Shown here: positions 11,600-23,176 of the stretch, one piece after another
Numbering within the stretch: position 1 is the stretch's first letter
Layout: every line of letters begins with the position of its first letter
The notes under the pieces: model-generated
The model's input: only the letters and a program-made list of their open reading frames with translations
The model's database searches: none
What the model was told of the DNA's origin: nothing
Program-made: the position numbers and the translations under genes
Assembly (NCBI RefSeq): GCF_001194135.2
Contig: NC_068992.1
Coordinates: 3,727,005 to 3,774,583 of the forward strand
DNA length: 47,579 nucleotides
From: Octopus bimaculoides
Lineage: Eukaryota
Direction: 5' to 3'

Positions 11600-12335
11600 A
11601 GTGATGGCTTTATATATCGAATGGAGGCCTTATAAAATTAATATAATGAAGTTAAAAGCAGATATCAATAACCGTTCAGAAGTCGGCCAATTTTAATCTT
11701 TAATTGGCGGGGATTTGAGCACGAGGAAATGAACTGCGTCTTCGATTATTATTGATAAAAGCAAATAACACAAACGTGATGGAGCATGTAGCTAAAAAAA
11801 GAAAGAAAAAAAGACAACAACAAGACGAGGCATCGGAGAATTTATTAATGGTACAGATTGCTGACCAACAAAGAAAAATGCTCCAGTATGTCTTACTTCA
11901 ACTCAAAGTAAGTCTTTCAAGAACACTTAAGAAAAAGAAGCTGCTCATTGGTTTGCAAAATGCTTTCAAAATTTCAAGCAAAGGTACATTTGCATAAATT
12001 TTGACTGGAGATATATATATGGTGTAGATAAAGGGGTATACGGGTACGATAAACGTTTGATGCTGATAACACTGGTTTATTTTAGAAGAAATTGTCTGAA
12101 AGGAAATATTTATCAGTTGAAAAGAAAATTTCAACTGGACATAAAACAGTTAAATCAGACCAACGCTACATGTTGGTAGCCATGAAGTTGGTAACTTTAA
12201 ACTGAAACCATCTGCTGATAGTTTGAAGGTGAAGTCTGAAGAAATGCTGCTAGTCACTGGAAAGCAGGCAAGCAAATAAAAAAAAAACCCAGAAAAATAT
12301 GACAGCAGCTATATTTCAATATTTACCCTATAAAT
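11600..12335 (+). mobile_element. Decayed pogo/Tigger-family transposase (HTH psq-like, CENP-B HTH, start of DDE_1)
   Basis: Frameshifted translation gives MKLKADINNRSEVGQ / ENLLMVQIADQQRK-NAPVCLTSTQSK / FQNFKQR / DADNTGLF*KKLSERKYLSVEKK / TGHK..SDQR / EVGNFKLKP / HWKA / MTAAIFQ. These parallel Tigger motifs (EKLLMVWIEDQ, GWFxxFKxR, NADETGLFWKKxP, GFKASKDR, GDFKLKP, WxxNKKAWMT). Confidence 0.8.
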
Positions 12336-12799
12336 CTATAGTCATAAGAAATTTTCTGTTTTGTTCAAGTTTTTCTTGCAGACATTGACCTAAAGATGTT
12401 CAGCTCCAACAACAGCAATATCTGTTTGTCTGTAAGAATCAGCAAATATCACAGCATTGTCGCCCTTGGCTCTCGTTTACTTAGAAAAATAAACACACGC
12501 ACAAACATATGCACTCGCACACACATGCACGCACTCACATCCTCCATACGCATAAACCACAGACGCTAACTACATTATTTTCGAATTTGTTCCCAAATCT
12601 CTTCCATTCATTATCACCATACCACGTGCAACTTAGTCTCGTTCTGGTTTTGCTCTCTTGCCAACCTTTTTTCTCCATTAGTGGTCTGTTTATATTAAGA
12701 CTCCGTCCACATTCACACAACTTGAGTAATTATTTCCGATGAATTCAGTGACTTGATTCACCTGATGCTAATTTCTGAATCTCTGGTGCTAACTACATT

Positions 12800-13000
12800 A
12801 GCAATTTCAATATTGATTTGTTTCAATTTGGTACAATGCCAGCGTTTTAAGGAGAACTAGATATTGACTGAGCCACTGCCAGAATGTACGGCACTGGTCA
12901 GCTACATATTTCATTTGATTGTTGAAGTTAAGAAAGATAATAGTTGGATTTGAACTTGAAACACTGACGTAGTGGACTAACTACAATAAAACTTCTAGCA
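12800..13000 (-). mobile_element. Highly degenerate SINE type A
   Basis: Remnants of the reverse-complement tail (attgatttgtttcaatttggtacaatgccagc) and of the B-box region (ggatttgaacttgaaac). Confidence 0.5.
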
Positions 13001-13038
13001 TAAAGATGTCCTTAAATTTTAGTTCAATCACAAACATA

Positions 13039-13112
13039 CCGTATTTTTCGGCATCCAAGTTGAATTTTTCGGACCAAAATTTACAACCAAAAACAGATGT
13101 CTCGACTTATAC
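13039..13112 (+). mobile_element. Possible Tc2/Kanga-type TIR fragment
   Basis: ta|ccgtatttttcgg ... ctcgacttatac resembles the CCGTATTT-starting termini of Tc2-group elements. Only one end is seen. Confidence 0.4.
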
Positions 13113-13180
13113 ATCAAGATGAGTTTGGAGGAACAAAGATTCCATTAAAATGCAGCAGGATTTGGAATGATAGAGACGAT

Positions 13181-13282
13181 ACAGTTCTATATTTAAGAGA
13201 TGAGGAATTCTGTACATTATTTACATTGACGGATATTTGTCCTCATCTTGTTGTTAACAAAAAAGATGAGGACAAATATCCG
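13181..13282. mobile_element. Truncated copy of the repeat at 23727-24090, ending in a 20-bp perfect fold-back
   Basis: Shares agttctatatttaagagatgaggaatt...tacattatttacatt...gatatttgtcctcatc with 23.73-23.80 kb. Arms at 13230-13249 and 13263-13282. Confidence 0.8.
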
Positions 13283-13374
13283 CCGATAAGAGTTTAAATA
13301 TATGGATAGACAGAAAATTTAGTTACTAGTACGTTAAGAGTTTTGTTTCATGCCTATTTTGTACTATAGAGGGT

Positions 13375-13701
13375 GAAGACCCTCTTCGGTCATAAATAAC
13401 CATGGGATTGCACCTAGAAAGTGACCCGCTGAAGCACAAGTCCGGGCAAGGTTGTTTTGAGGAAGACCAGCAGTCGCCCATGCACACCAGCCTCTCCTCG
13501 CTATGCCACCATGTTGGTCCAAGGGAAAGGCAAAAGCGGATGGTGCTTGGCACCAGGGACGTCGTAACTCATTTCTACTGCTAGGTGAACTGGATCAAAG
13601 TGAAATACAGTGTCTTGCTCAAGAGCACAACCCTGTCTGAGAATCGAACTCACTACCTCATGATTGTGAGCCCAACGATCTGACCAATGAGCCATGCGCC
13701 T
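13375..13701 (-). mobile_element. Long tRNA-derived SINE (type C) with a CORE-like segment
   Basis: The reverse complement starts aggcgcatggctcattggtcaga (A box) ... gagttcgattc (B box), then gtgctcttgagcaagacact (CORE-like). Confidence 0.8.
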
Positions 13702-13779
13702 ACAGAACATCTCTATTGATATTTTAGTCAATATTGTGTTTACGCACACCGTAACACAGTGTTAGGTTAAATCTCCCTC

Positions 13780-13826
<47 letters not shown>

Positions 13827-13831
13827 CCCTC

Positions 13832-13862
<31 letters not shown>

Positions 13863-13864
13863 CA

Positions 13865-13896
<32 letters not shown>

Positions 13897-13992
13897 GTAT
13901 ACATGTATGCTGGTATGCATGTATATGTGCATATATATGATATATGTATGCTTGTGTGCATGTATGTATATAAATATACGATTGTACATATG

Positions 13993-14047
<55 letters not shown>

Positions 14048-14423
14048 TAAGGAAGCGAAACACTGTTAACGCACTAGTAAGCTCATGCTCATTATGTGAC
14101 GAAACGAACTTTAACACACTCTTAACTATTTATCAGCTATGTAGCCTCAACCACCACCAAAGCAAGTCACATTATATCTCCATCGAATCGGAGCAACGCT
14201 AGTAGCGGAATAAGAACTTTGGACTGTTCGACCTGTAGTGTTTGACCCACTGTCACAATGACCAGAAGCAACTAGACACAATACGATTGAATTTGCTGTA
14301 AAAATTATCGATTCTAGAAAATACGTGGGAACATTCATGCTGACGTTGTCTCGTAGCAATAGAAACTGTTCGATTGTCTACGCGACATGCGATCTGCTAG
14401 TTGAAGCATTTTATGTTAATATT

Positions 14424-14476
14424 GCAGCAGTTAGTCGCTAACGTGATCAGCAGTTAGTCGCTAACGTGATCAGCAG
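14424..14476 (+). repeat. 23-bp tandem duplication (cagcagttagtcgctaacgtgat)x2 plus a partial copy
   Basis: Direct inspection. Confidence 0.9.
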
Positions 14477-14664
14477 CTTGATAACTTTAGTGGCTTTCAT
14501 ACTACAGGTCAACCAGTTTCACTTACACTCTGCAGTTGAATTTCTTATGCATAAAACATGAGCTAAATTCTAAAATTGTCATTTCATATCTCAAATACAG
14601 CTATTTTCTGCCACAGTGAATCGAAGTCATTCCTGTAGTAGAGATAGAAACTCAGAAATATTCG

Positions 14665-14812
14665 TTTCTACAATAAGCACAGGGCCTGAAATTTTTGGGG
14701 AGTGGGTAGTCGATTAGATCGACCCCAGTACGCAACTGGTAATTTTTTTATCAACCTCGAAAGAATGAAAGGCAACGTCGACCTCGGTTGAATTTGAAAA
14801 CAGAACGTAGAG
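14665..14812 (-). mobile_element. SINE type A, 5'-truncated
   Basis: Reverse-complement tail, gaccccagtacgcaactgg and aaaggcaacgtcgacctcgg core, and B-box region. Confidence 0.85.
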
Positions 14813-14922
14813 ACTCTTTGTGTTGATCTTAATTTATTTTCAATGCTTTTGTTGGGGGTCCAGGTTTCTGATGAATACGAAATGATAAGCAGCACAAACT
14901 GGTTAAAGACCTGTGTTGGCAT
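14812..14922 (-). mobile_element. RTE-clade LINE fragment (post-RT region)
   Basis: Translates to QVFNQFVLLIISYSSETWTPNKSIENKLRSTQR, matching the RTE motif VFNQCVLPxMTYGSETWTLxKxxENKLRxTQR. Confidence 0.8.
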
Positions 14923-14937
14923 GTGAACCTATTTCAT

Positions 14938-14983
<46 letters not shown>

Positions 14984-15004
14984 GTCTATATGTCTGTCTG
15001 TCTG

Positions 15005-15418
15005 TCTTTTATATTTCATGTGTATCAGTTATTAGACTGCAGCCATGCTGGAGCACTGACTTAAAGATGTTTTAGTCAAATAACTCGACCGCAGTGATTA
15101 TTTTTCAAAAGCCTGGTACTTATTTTATCGATCTATTTTGCCGAGCTGCTAATTTACGGGGGCGTAAACACACCAACACCGGATGTCAAGCGGTGGGTGA
15201 GGGTCAGACACAGACACAAAGACGCACGAACGCACACACACATACACACACACATGTTTACGACGGGCTTCTCTCAGTTTCCTTCTGGCAAGTCCACTCA
15301 CAACACTTTGGTCGTCCCGAGGCAATAGCAGAAGACACTTGCCCAAGGTTCCACGCAGAGGGACTGAACTCGGAATCATGTCGAGGAGCAAGCTTGTTAC
15401 TACATAGTCACATGCTTG
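15005..15418 (-). mobile_element. SINE type B (tRNA head, CORE-like segment, internal CA microsatellite)
   Basis: gactgcagccatgctggagcac tail; caccaacaccggatgtcaagcg; internal (CA)n; gaagacacttgcccaagg...gggactgaactcgg head. Homologous to 31896-32258. Confidence 0.85.
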
Positions 15419-17222
15419 TNNNNNNNNNNNNNNNNNNNNNNNNNNNNNNNNNNNNNNNNNNNNNNNNNNNNNNNNNNNNNNNNNNNNNNNNNNNNNNNNN
15501 NNNNNNNNNNNNNNNNNNNNNNNNNNNNNNNNNNNNNNNNNNNNNNNNNNNNNNNNNNNNNNNNNNNNNNNNNNNNNNNNNNNNNNNNNNNNNNNNNNNN
15601 NNNNNNNNNNNNNNNNNNNNNNNNNNNNNNNNNNNNNNNNNNNNNNNNNNNNNNNNNNNNNNNNNNNNNNNNNNNNNNNNNNNNNNTATATATATACACT
15701 ACATATGTAGAAAATTGGTGTGTGTTTATTTGTGGCGTTGTTAGCTAACTCCTCCTACATCGTTTTATTGATTTTGATGAAACTTGACACGTGAGTAGAA
15801 CTCGTGTCTGGAAACCTCGTGACATACTTAGATTGTTGAAAAATATCGATAATAGGGCCCCTCCAATGGATCCTTCTATCTACTACCTATTACTAATATT
15901 TAAACAACCTGCAGTTTTTAGCGAAGCGATCAATATTTGATTCCCATGATCAGCCGACCTAATTCTGCATTTCACTACTCACAGTGTTGAACGGCTAAAC
16001 ATTATTATTGCAATTCCTTAATTTGAATCTTAAACATTAAAGACTTCATTCATACATTTCTATACATACGTACTTTATTGATGTCCATTACTCCGATAAT
16101 TCTGCATTTTTACAGTTACACTTTTTCCATGACAGTAGATAAATTTTTTATTCCACAACATATTTGTAGTGGCTTCATGCAGGCATAGCGTGGATTCGAT
16201 CCTCGATTGCCAAATTTCACTTAACACTTCAACAGCACTTTTCTCACGGTAAAACAATAGTTTTTCTGTGAATGACAGCAGTTATACAATTCCCAGATAT
16301 CTTCACTAAGCAGAATAATGTCTTTGTCACTTGACCCTTCTAAACTCTTCTAGGCCACCGGGGGCTGGAATGGAGATAACAGACCTCCCAACGAAATAAT
16401 TTGTTCTCAACAATATGTCTATCCTTCTTGCTGCTATTTCTTGCACACCCAGCTGCCGCATAACAGGTATTTCAGGTCCTCTATCGCAAATAGCTGTTAC
16501 GTGGTAGCAGGGCGTGCTAGAAATGGTAGCCAAATCTTTAGAAGTGAGATATGTTCAATGCACTCGAAAAAAACCCATTGAGGTTACGAACAGGTCTTTT
16601 ATGAAATATTTACCATATTTTTAAAGTAAAAGACGCACTTGTACAAGGTACCGCGCAGTGAAACTGAACACGAAACCATATGATTGCAAATCGAAACGTC
16701 TTGACCACACAGCTACGATCACCAAACAGAATTAGCTTGAATTCAGTAATTACGCCTTAAGCTTTGTAATAATTGGATTGGAATATATATCGTTGCGAGG
16801 GCGTTATAACCCCGATCAGCTTTTGATATGTGTCATTGCGTAAATAGTCAATACAAGTTTCAATAAAATGCAAGATGAAAGGAAAACAAAAACAACAAAA
16901 AAAAAAAAAACACGGAGCAGTTATTAGGAACATGTCATTAATTCAATATCTAAAGACGATTGAAGGCTTAAGCGGCGATCGAAGTATTGCTTCATTAAAA
17001 TATAGAGAATACAAAAAAAGAAAAGGAAAAGAAATATTACAATAAAACAATAACAAAATATCTGACTAATTATTTCTTGCATAATCCTTCGTCTGAGGAG
17101 CGTATGTATTGTTAATAACGCCTATCTTTGAAAGTTGTTGCACACCGTCCCACCTTCACCTTCTCGTTCTGCCTTTCATTGTGTGTTTCTGTTTCTTTGT
17201 TTCTCTTTGCTTCTCTGTCACT

Positions 17223-17256
<34 letters not shown>

Positions 17257-17269
17257 CACGCGTGCACGC

Positions 17270-17490
17270 CAAGGTACATGACCTATTGGTTAAGATGTTA
17301 CGCTCACGATCGGAAGATCCTAATTTTGAATCCTATAGCGGTGGTGCGTCGTGTTCTTGAACAGAACGCCACGTTTCACGTTGTTACACTCCACTCAACT
17401 GTAAATGGGTAACTATGGAATGGGGCAACATTTGAAAGCTACAGCAATGCGTGGAAGCGCATCGTAACCAGCGATGTACAACAGCCTCTG
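17270..17490 (+). mobile_element. Degenerate tRNA-derived SINE with a CORE-like segment
   Basis: catgacctattggttaag (A-box-like), tttgaatcc (B-box-like), gtgttcttgaacagaac, ctccactcaactgtaaatgggta. Confidence 0.65.
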
Positions 17491-18026
17491 TAGTGGTGTC
17501 GATACAGAGACATAGTGATACACATATACGCACAAACACACAAGCACACACTTAGAGCCAGTGGCATGAATTTGGACAACGAAGACAAATAATGTTATTC
17601 TAAATATTTCACAAGACAAATCTTTGATTTTCCGAAATTATCTTCGCTCCAAAAGAAGATAAACAAATATCATGCCGCAGTTAATTTAATGAACATCTAT
17701 CATTATACTATTGTTATTACCTAACCAAAACATAAAACAGACACGAATAAACTAATTATTACACTTAATTGTGATTGAAATAATTCATTAAAAAGCATAT
17801 CAAAGAGCCGACTATTAATTAAATTTAATCATTCCCTTAACGATTTTAAATATAAATGAGCAAATTTGACACCATAATATGTTTTAAAATACTAATTGGT
17901 TCTAATCTGTTGGAAAAACAATCGATGCATTAAGCATATGATAAATTCTAAAGACACAGAATATGTAAGATGAAATTACTAAGTGACTTCAAGAGTTACT
18001 GGCTCGTAGTTCGCTGAGTTTGAAAA

Positions 18027-18068
<42 letters not shown>

Positions 18069-18092
18069 AAAAATATATATATAAATAAATAA

Positions 18093-18125
<33 letters not shown>

Positions 18126-18710
18126 TACATATATATATATGTATATATGTATATATATATATATATATATATANNNNNNNNNNNNNNNNNNNNNNNNNNN
18201 NNNNNNNNNNNNNNNNNNNNNNNNNNNNNNNNNNNNNNNNNNNNNNNNNNNNNNNNNNNNNNNNNNNNNNNNNNNNNNNNNNNNNNNNNNNNNNNNNNNN
18301 NNNNNNNNNNNNNNNNNNNNNNNNNNNNNNNNNNNNNNNNNNNNNNNNNNNNNNNNNNNNNNNNNNNNNNNNNNNNNNNNNNNNNNNNNNNNNNNNNNNN
18401 NNNNNNNNNNNNNNNNNNNNNNNNNNNNNNNNNNNNNNNNNNNNNNNNNNNNNNNNNNNNNNNNNNNNNNNNNNNNNNNNNNNNNNNNNNNNNNNNNNNN
18501 NNNNNNNNNNNNNNNNNNNNNNNNNNNNNNNNNNNNNNNNNNNNNNNNNNNNNNNNNNNNNNNNNNNNNNNNNNNNNNNNNNNNNNNNNNNNNNNNNNNN
18601 NNNNNNNNNNNNNNNNNNNNNNNNNNNNNNNNNNNNNNNNNNNNNNNNNNNNNNNNNNNNNNNNNNNNNNNNNNNNNNNNNNNNNNNNNNNNNNNNNNNN
18701 NNNNNNNNNN

Positions 18711-18752
<42 letters not shown>

Positions 18753-19170
18753 ATTCGAATCTTGTATACACGGATACATGTGCTCTTGATTGTGTGAATG
18801 GATATCTACGAGTTTATTTACAAGCGGAACAATATATACAAACATTTGGACACTCCTATATATATACATGTATACTATCAGATGGTAACAAATACGACCC
18901 GGACACATAAACAAATACACACACACACTTAATGACATCCATGTGAGAATCATACACACACATGTACATAGTATGTGTGTGTGAGCGCGATTTAGTGATT
19001 TCCTAGAAACTTGATGTTTTTCATTTCTAAGAATTCTCTCTCTTTGCTACTCATGAATTACAACTCCGATTACAAGCGTTATATTTTCATTTCTGTACAT
19101 AACTGCACGTGTATACACGCATACATAAATACGTATATACGTAAACATAAAAACAGATCTATCCGCTTGT

Positions 19171-19368
19171 TCGAGGAATAGCTGAAAAGTTCCTGGTTTT
19201 GGCTAACGAAATTACAGAAAGATCACTTACCATTTTATTTAACGTATTCCTCTCTCATTTTCGGTTCTTCAGTTTTTCCAAGACGTGTAAAACGGCTTGG
19301 AAGGTTTGGCTTCCAACCAGGTCTTTTGTGATATCCTTAAAGCCAGGAACTTTCCAGTACCCCCACGT
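19171..19368 (-). mobile_element. Mariner-derived MITE, copy 2 (opposite orientation to copy 1)
   Basis: TIRs tcgaggaatagctgaaaagttcctggtttt (19171-19200) and taaagccaggaactttccagtacccccacgt (19338-19368). The interior reverse complement contains ttggaaaaactgaagaa (LEKLK), as in copy 1. Confidence 0.7.
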
Positions 19369-20187
19369 TTGTGTGTGTGTGCGTGTGTGTGTGTGTGCGT
19401 GTGTGTGTGTGTGTGCGTGCGCACGCGTGCGTATATATATGCGTATGTAAATATAGATATATTTGAAGAAAAGCAGCAAAAATGTATTAGGTCACAGCAG
19501 TACGTACGTTTCCTACAAGCTTCATTTATTTATGTAGTGAGAACACCACATAAGATGTGCAATGAAATTGTACTCCTCAGCTGCATAATGGAAGTTCATT
19601 TCAGAAAGCCGTTTTGTAGATGTGTGTAAATACATGAGTAGGAGATGAAGAGAATAACATCTTGACTGGGCTGTTAATCAACAGTCTAGACTAGACCGAA
19701 GCCGGTCTAGGAGGAAACAACCAAACGTGACCATGGTTTAAGTTGGTCATGTTTGGGAATCCAAACGGAAAGTCTAATGATTGGACTTCAGGGAGAGGGG
19801 TCCCTGAGGACTCTACCCAACAGGCCTCTCATGAATTGTGGGTGGAAAAGATGGGTGGATGGGTGAATGGATTGTAAATTTTATTTTGTTCTCTTTTGAG
19901 TTCAACCACAGGTACAAAACCGTGCATTTTGTTGGGGGAATTCGGCGTAAGGTGAAATAAATTAATCGATCTTTTTGCTTGATAAGAAATTTGCTTGAAA
20001 AGATATTTTAACAGTGCGTTAATTCTTAACACTTGATCAACTATCGATCATTTCATGCGGTATCGATTACAGATTTCTTATAAGTAAATTAGGCAAAGCA
20101 CGATTAAAGAAGAGAGCTAGAAAAATAAAGATAAGATTGCGTGACATGTTGCCAACAACAGACAAAAAAATATCGATTATGTACATC

Positions 20188-20459
20188 TACATCAGCATCC
20201 TCATCGGCAGTAGCATCATAGCCATCGTCATCATCATCATCGTCATCGTAGTCGTTACCGTCATCAAGGCCGTCGTCCCAACCATCACCTTCATCATCAT
20301 CCCCAACTGAACTACGGCTACCTCCAAGACTACACCTTTTCCTCCTTCATCATCACTGTCAACACCACCACCATTACCACCACCACTATTAACATCACCT
20401 CCACCGCCACCACCGCCACCACCACTACCACTTACATAAACTCTTTCAATCACAACAAC
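20188..20459 (+). repeat. Cryptic trinucleotide low-complexity tract (CAT/CAC/CGT)
   Basis: Direct inspection; runs into an N-gap. Confidence 0.85.
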
Positions 20460-21267
20460 NNNNNNNNNNNNNNNNNNNNNNNNNNNNNNNNNNNNNNNNN
20501 NNNNNNNNNNNNNNNNNNNNNNNNNNNNNNNNNNNNNNNNNNNNNNNNNNNNNNNNNNNNNNNNNNNNNNNNNNNNNNNNNNNNNNNNNNNNNNNNNNNN
20601 NNNNNNNNNNNNNNNNNNNNNNNNNNNNNNNNNNNNNNNNNNNNNNNNNNNNNNNNNNNNNNNNNNNNNNNNNNNNNNNNNNNNNNNNNNNNNNNNNNNN
20701 NNNNNNNNNNNNNNNNNNNNNNNNNNNNNNNNNNNNNNNNNNNNNNNNNNNNNNNNNNNNNNNNNNNNNNNNNNNNNNNNNNNNNNNNNNNNNNNNNNNN
20801 NNNNNNNNNNNNNNNNNNNNNNNNNNNNNNNNNNNNNNNNNNNNNNNNNNNNNNNNNNNNNNNNNNNNNNNNNNNNNNNNNNNNNNNNNNNNNNNNNNNN
20901 NNNNNNNNNNNNNNNNNNNNNNNNNNNNNNNNNNNNNNNNNNNNNNNNNNNNNNNNNNNNNNNNNNNNNNNNNNNNNNNNNNNNNNNNNNNNNNNNNNNN
21001 NNNNNNNNNNNNNNNNNNNNNNNNNNNNNNNNNNNNNNNNNNNNNNNNNNNNNNNNNNNNNNNNNNNNNNNNNNNNNNNNNNNNNNNNNNNNNNNNNNNN
21101 NNNNNNNNNNNNNNNNNNNNNNNNNNNNNNNNNNNNNNNNNNNNNNNNNNNNNNNNNNNNNNNNNNNNNNNNNNNNNNNNNNNNNNNNNNNNNNNNNNNN
21201 NNNNNNNNNNNNNNNNNNNNNNNNNNNNNNNNNNNNNNNNNNNNNNNNNNNNNNNNNNNNNNNNNNN

Positions 21268-21299
<32 letters not shown>

Positions 21300-21354
21300 T
21301 ACACACACATACACACACACAAACACACACACAATATATATATATTTGTGTGTG

Positions 21355-21560
21355 TGTTCGTGTTTGTCCTGCCTCCGCCGCTTGACAACCGATATAAGTG
21401 TGTTTGCGTCCCCGTAACGTTGCGGTTCAGCAAAAGAGTCGATAGAATTAGTTCTAGGCTTACGAAGAATAAGTCTTGGGGTCGATTTCTTTGATTAAAA
21501 CTTTTCAAGGCAGTGCTCCAGCAAGGCTACAGTCAAATCACTGTAACAAGTAAAGTAATA
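21355..21560 (+). mobile_element. SINE type B, 3' half
   Basis: cgcttgacaaccga...cccgtaac...gcggttcagcaaaagag...gaataagtcttggggtcgat...gtgctccagca...aacaagtaaag. Confidence 0.85.
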
Positions 21561-22962
21561 TATATATGTGTTTGTTTGTGTGTATGTGTGTGTGTGTGTG
21601 TGTGTACACAGACACACGCATGCAGTCACACATGCGCGTGTGCATATACATCTCATATGCAATCAAATATTAATGCGTGTATTTGTGTATTTATACACAT
21701 GGATTTGAACAGACAGACACGCATACACGCACACACGCACATACGCACAAACACACACACACACACACACACACATACACACTGCTAAACGTATATATTT
21801 CAAGTCACTCCTAAATGCTGCTAGAAGCATGTAATCTAGTACAACCTGTTGCATAAGCCGGGGTCGTCAGCGCCTAAACAAGCAAGCCAACGAAACAAAA
21901 GCTTACCCTGTCAACGAACGGTTGAACTCAACGTTGTCTCAACATTATTGTATAGCAACATGTTGGACTTAGAAATATAGGCGCAAAGGACTTAAGCATA
22001 TACGCGCGCAGGGCCTAGAAATACTTGAGACAGTGACCGAGTGCGTTTTGAACCTATTGTTCTTTAATGTGTACCCTTGCCCTGTAGTCATGGTAAAGAC
22101 ACCACATGCCGGTCCGAATTAATTTCCTACGTTAAGCCAAAATAATTGTTGATCTTCAACCATTTCTAATAGTTAAAGATTTCTAGGCAATGGATTATAA
22201 AAGGGTGCGGTGCAGTGCGAGCCATATTTTCCTTTCAGAATGAATTTATATACATATAACTATCTATCTACCTATCTTGTAAACACACGCACACTAACAC
22301 CCGCATACAAACAAACACTCGCACACACAGACAGACAGACACACACAAACGTATACACGCACATGCACGCACACACACGCACACGTATATGTATATGTAT
22401 ATAAATATGTATATATATATATATATGTACATATGTGTGTGTCTATATAAATATGTATCTATATATATGTATGTATGTATATATATATATATATATATAT
22501 NNNNNNNNNNNNNNNNNNNNNNNNNNNNNNNNNNNNNNNNNNNNNNNNNNNNNNNNNNNNNNNNNNNNNNNNNNNNNNNNNNNNNNNNNNNNNNNNNNNN
22601 NNNNNNNNNNNNNNNNNNNNNNNNNNNNNNNNNNNNNNNNNNNNNNNNNNNNNNNNNNNNNNNNNNNNNNNNNNNNNNNNNNNNNNNNNNNNNNNNNNNN
22701 NNNNNNNNNNNNNNNNNNNNNNNNNNNNNNNNNNNNNNNNNNNNNNNNNNNNNNNNNNNNNNNNNNNNNNNNNNNNNNNNNNNNNNNNNNNNNNNNNNNN
22801 NNNNNNNNNNNNNNNNNNNNNNNNNNNNNNNNNNNNNNNNNNNNNNNNNNNNNNNNNNNNNNNNNNNNNNNNNNNNNNNNNNNNNNNNNNNNNNNNNNNN
22901 NNNNNNNNNNNNNNNNNNNNNNNNNNNNNNNNNNNNNNNNNNNNNNNNNNNNNNNNNNNNNN

Positions 22963-23047
<85 letters not shown>

Positions 23048-23176
23048 TAATGAACGGATAGATGGATAGAAAGTAGATAGGTAGATAGTTAGACAGAAAA
23101 ATAGATAAGTTGATTGATAGATAGGTATTGGTATAAATACAGTTCTTGTCCTCAGGCGGTCGACTTATGGTCGAAT

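Noticed and set aside
11752-11997. ORF with a perfect aaa|gtaagt donor as a host-gene exon
   Set aside because: It lies inside the frameshifted Tigger transposase relic, which explains the sequence better.
13640-13701. tRNA-like A and B boxes (also at about 17270, 32200 and 37250) as tRNA genes
   Set aside because: They are SINE heads: there is no complete cloverleaf and they continue into SINE bodies.
14424-14476. Direct repeats as a CRISPR-like array
   Set aside because: Only two abutting copies with no spacers, in eukaryotic DNA.
20187-20459. Gly/Asp/Met/Thr-rich ORF
   Set aside because: Translation of cryptic CAT/CAC trinucleotide repeats, joined through an N-gap.
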